64,000 bases of DNA from a virus (lineage: Duplodnaviria > Caudoviricetes): IMG/VR virus record IMGVR_UViG_2974529992_000001, positions 3,119 through 67,118 of that record. One strand, 5' to 3'. Made by a program: the position numbers and the translations under genes. Below are positions 63,939 through 64,000 of this stretch, in pieces. Every line of letters begins with the position of its first letter. The first letter of the stretch is position 1. The notes below the pieces were generated by a model. It was not told where the DNA came from. It searched no databases and was given only the letters and a program-made list of their open reading frames with translations.

Positions 63939-63980
63939 CGCCCCGCTTCACTGACCTGATCCAGTGGAGCGGGGCGTTTT
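63939..63980 (+). terminator. Intrinsic terminator
   Basis: 15-bp stem CGCCCCGCTTCACTG / CAGTGGAGCGGGGCG (one U-G) then TTTT. Confidence 0.85.
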
Positions 63981-64000
63981 CCAACCCAAGAAGGACGACA

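Larger units (their letters stand above)
1..64000 (+). mobile_element. Tailed actinobacteriophage genome segment (siphovirus-like, no integrase seen)
   Basis: Co-oriented head, tail, lysis and replication modules; tape measure; amidase-LGFP lysin; cutinase-like lysin B; no host housekeeping genes. Confidence 0.97.

Noticed and set aside
1-64000. tRNA, tmRNA, integrase/attP, reverse transcriptase or DGR
   Set aside because: No cloverleaf with T-loop and CCA context in the intergenic gaps, and no recombinase or RT motifs in any ORF, by eye; tRNAscan/ARAGORN would be needed to be definitive.

Overview
This window is most of the genome of a tailed (siphovirus-type) actinobacteriophage. A Mycobacteriales host is suggested by an amidase/LGFP lysin, a cutinase-fold lysin B and a DUF732-like lipoprotein. 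All credible genes lie on the + strand. The order is: end of a head-module gene; SGNH hydrolase; a run of very basic small proteins; JAB/MPN metalloprotease; scaffold, decoration and major capsid proteins; neck and tail genes (2233-aa tape measure, minor tail proteins, collagen fibre); lysis cassette; a highly structured non-coding gap; early accessory genes; SNF2 helicase; HNH; Cas4-like nuclease, Sak4-like ATPase and SSB; oxidoreductase, methyltransferase and Nmad1-like genes; EndoV-like glycosylase; split DnaE; ThyX; RuvC; Prim-Pol/SF3 helicase with a repeat-rich gap behind it; small genes; large TerS-like protein; lysin B. No terminase large subunit, portal, integrase, tRNA or CRISPR array was recognised. 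The most notable observations are four. (1) Scaffold and capsid share the N-terminal peptide KFFAFGGDGG, and three basic proteins share WGNALGG. All are encoded around an intact JAMM protease, which suggests a di-glycine leader-processing head-maturation system. (2) Two long intergenic elements have stems whose mismatches are G-U wobbles on the + strand, so they are candidate structured RNAs, and each lies next to one of two paralogous proteins. (3) There is a UUU_CGC +1 frameshift candidate in the tail chaperone. (4) One small docking-like domain is reused in three virion proteins. Family assignments come from motif recognition by eye, not database searches.
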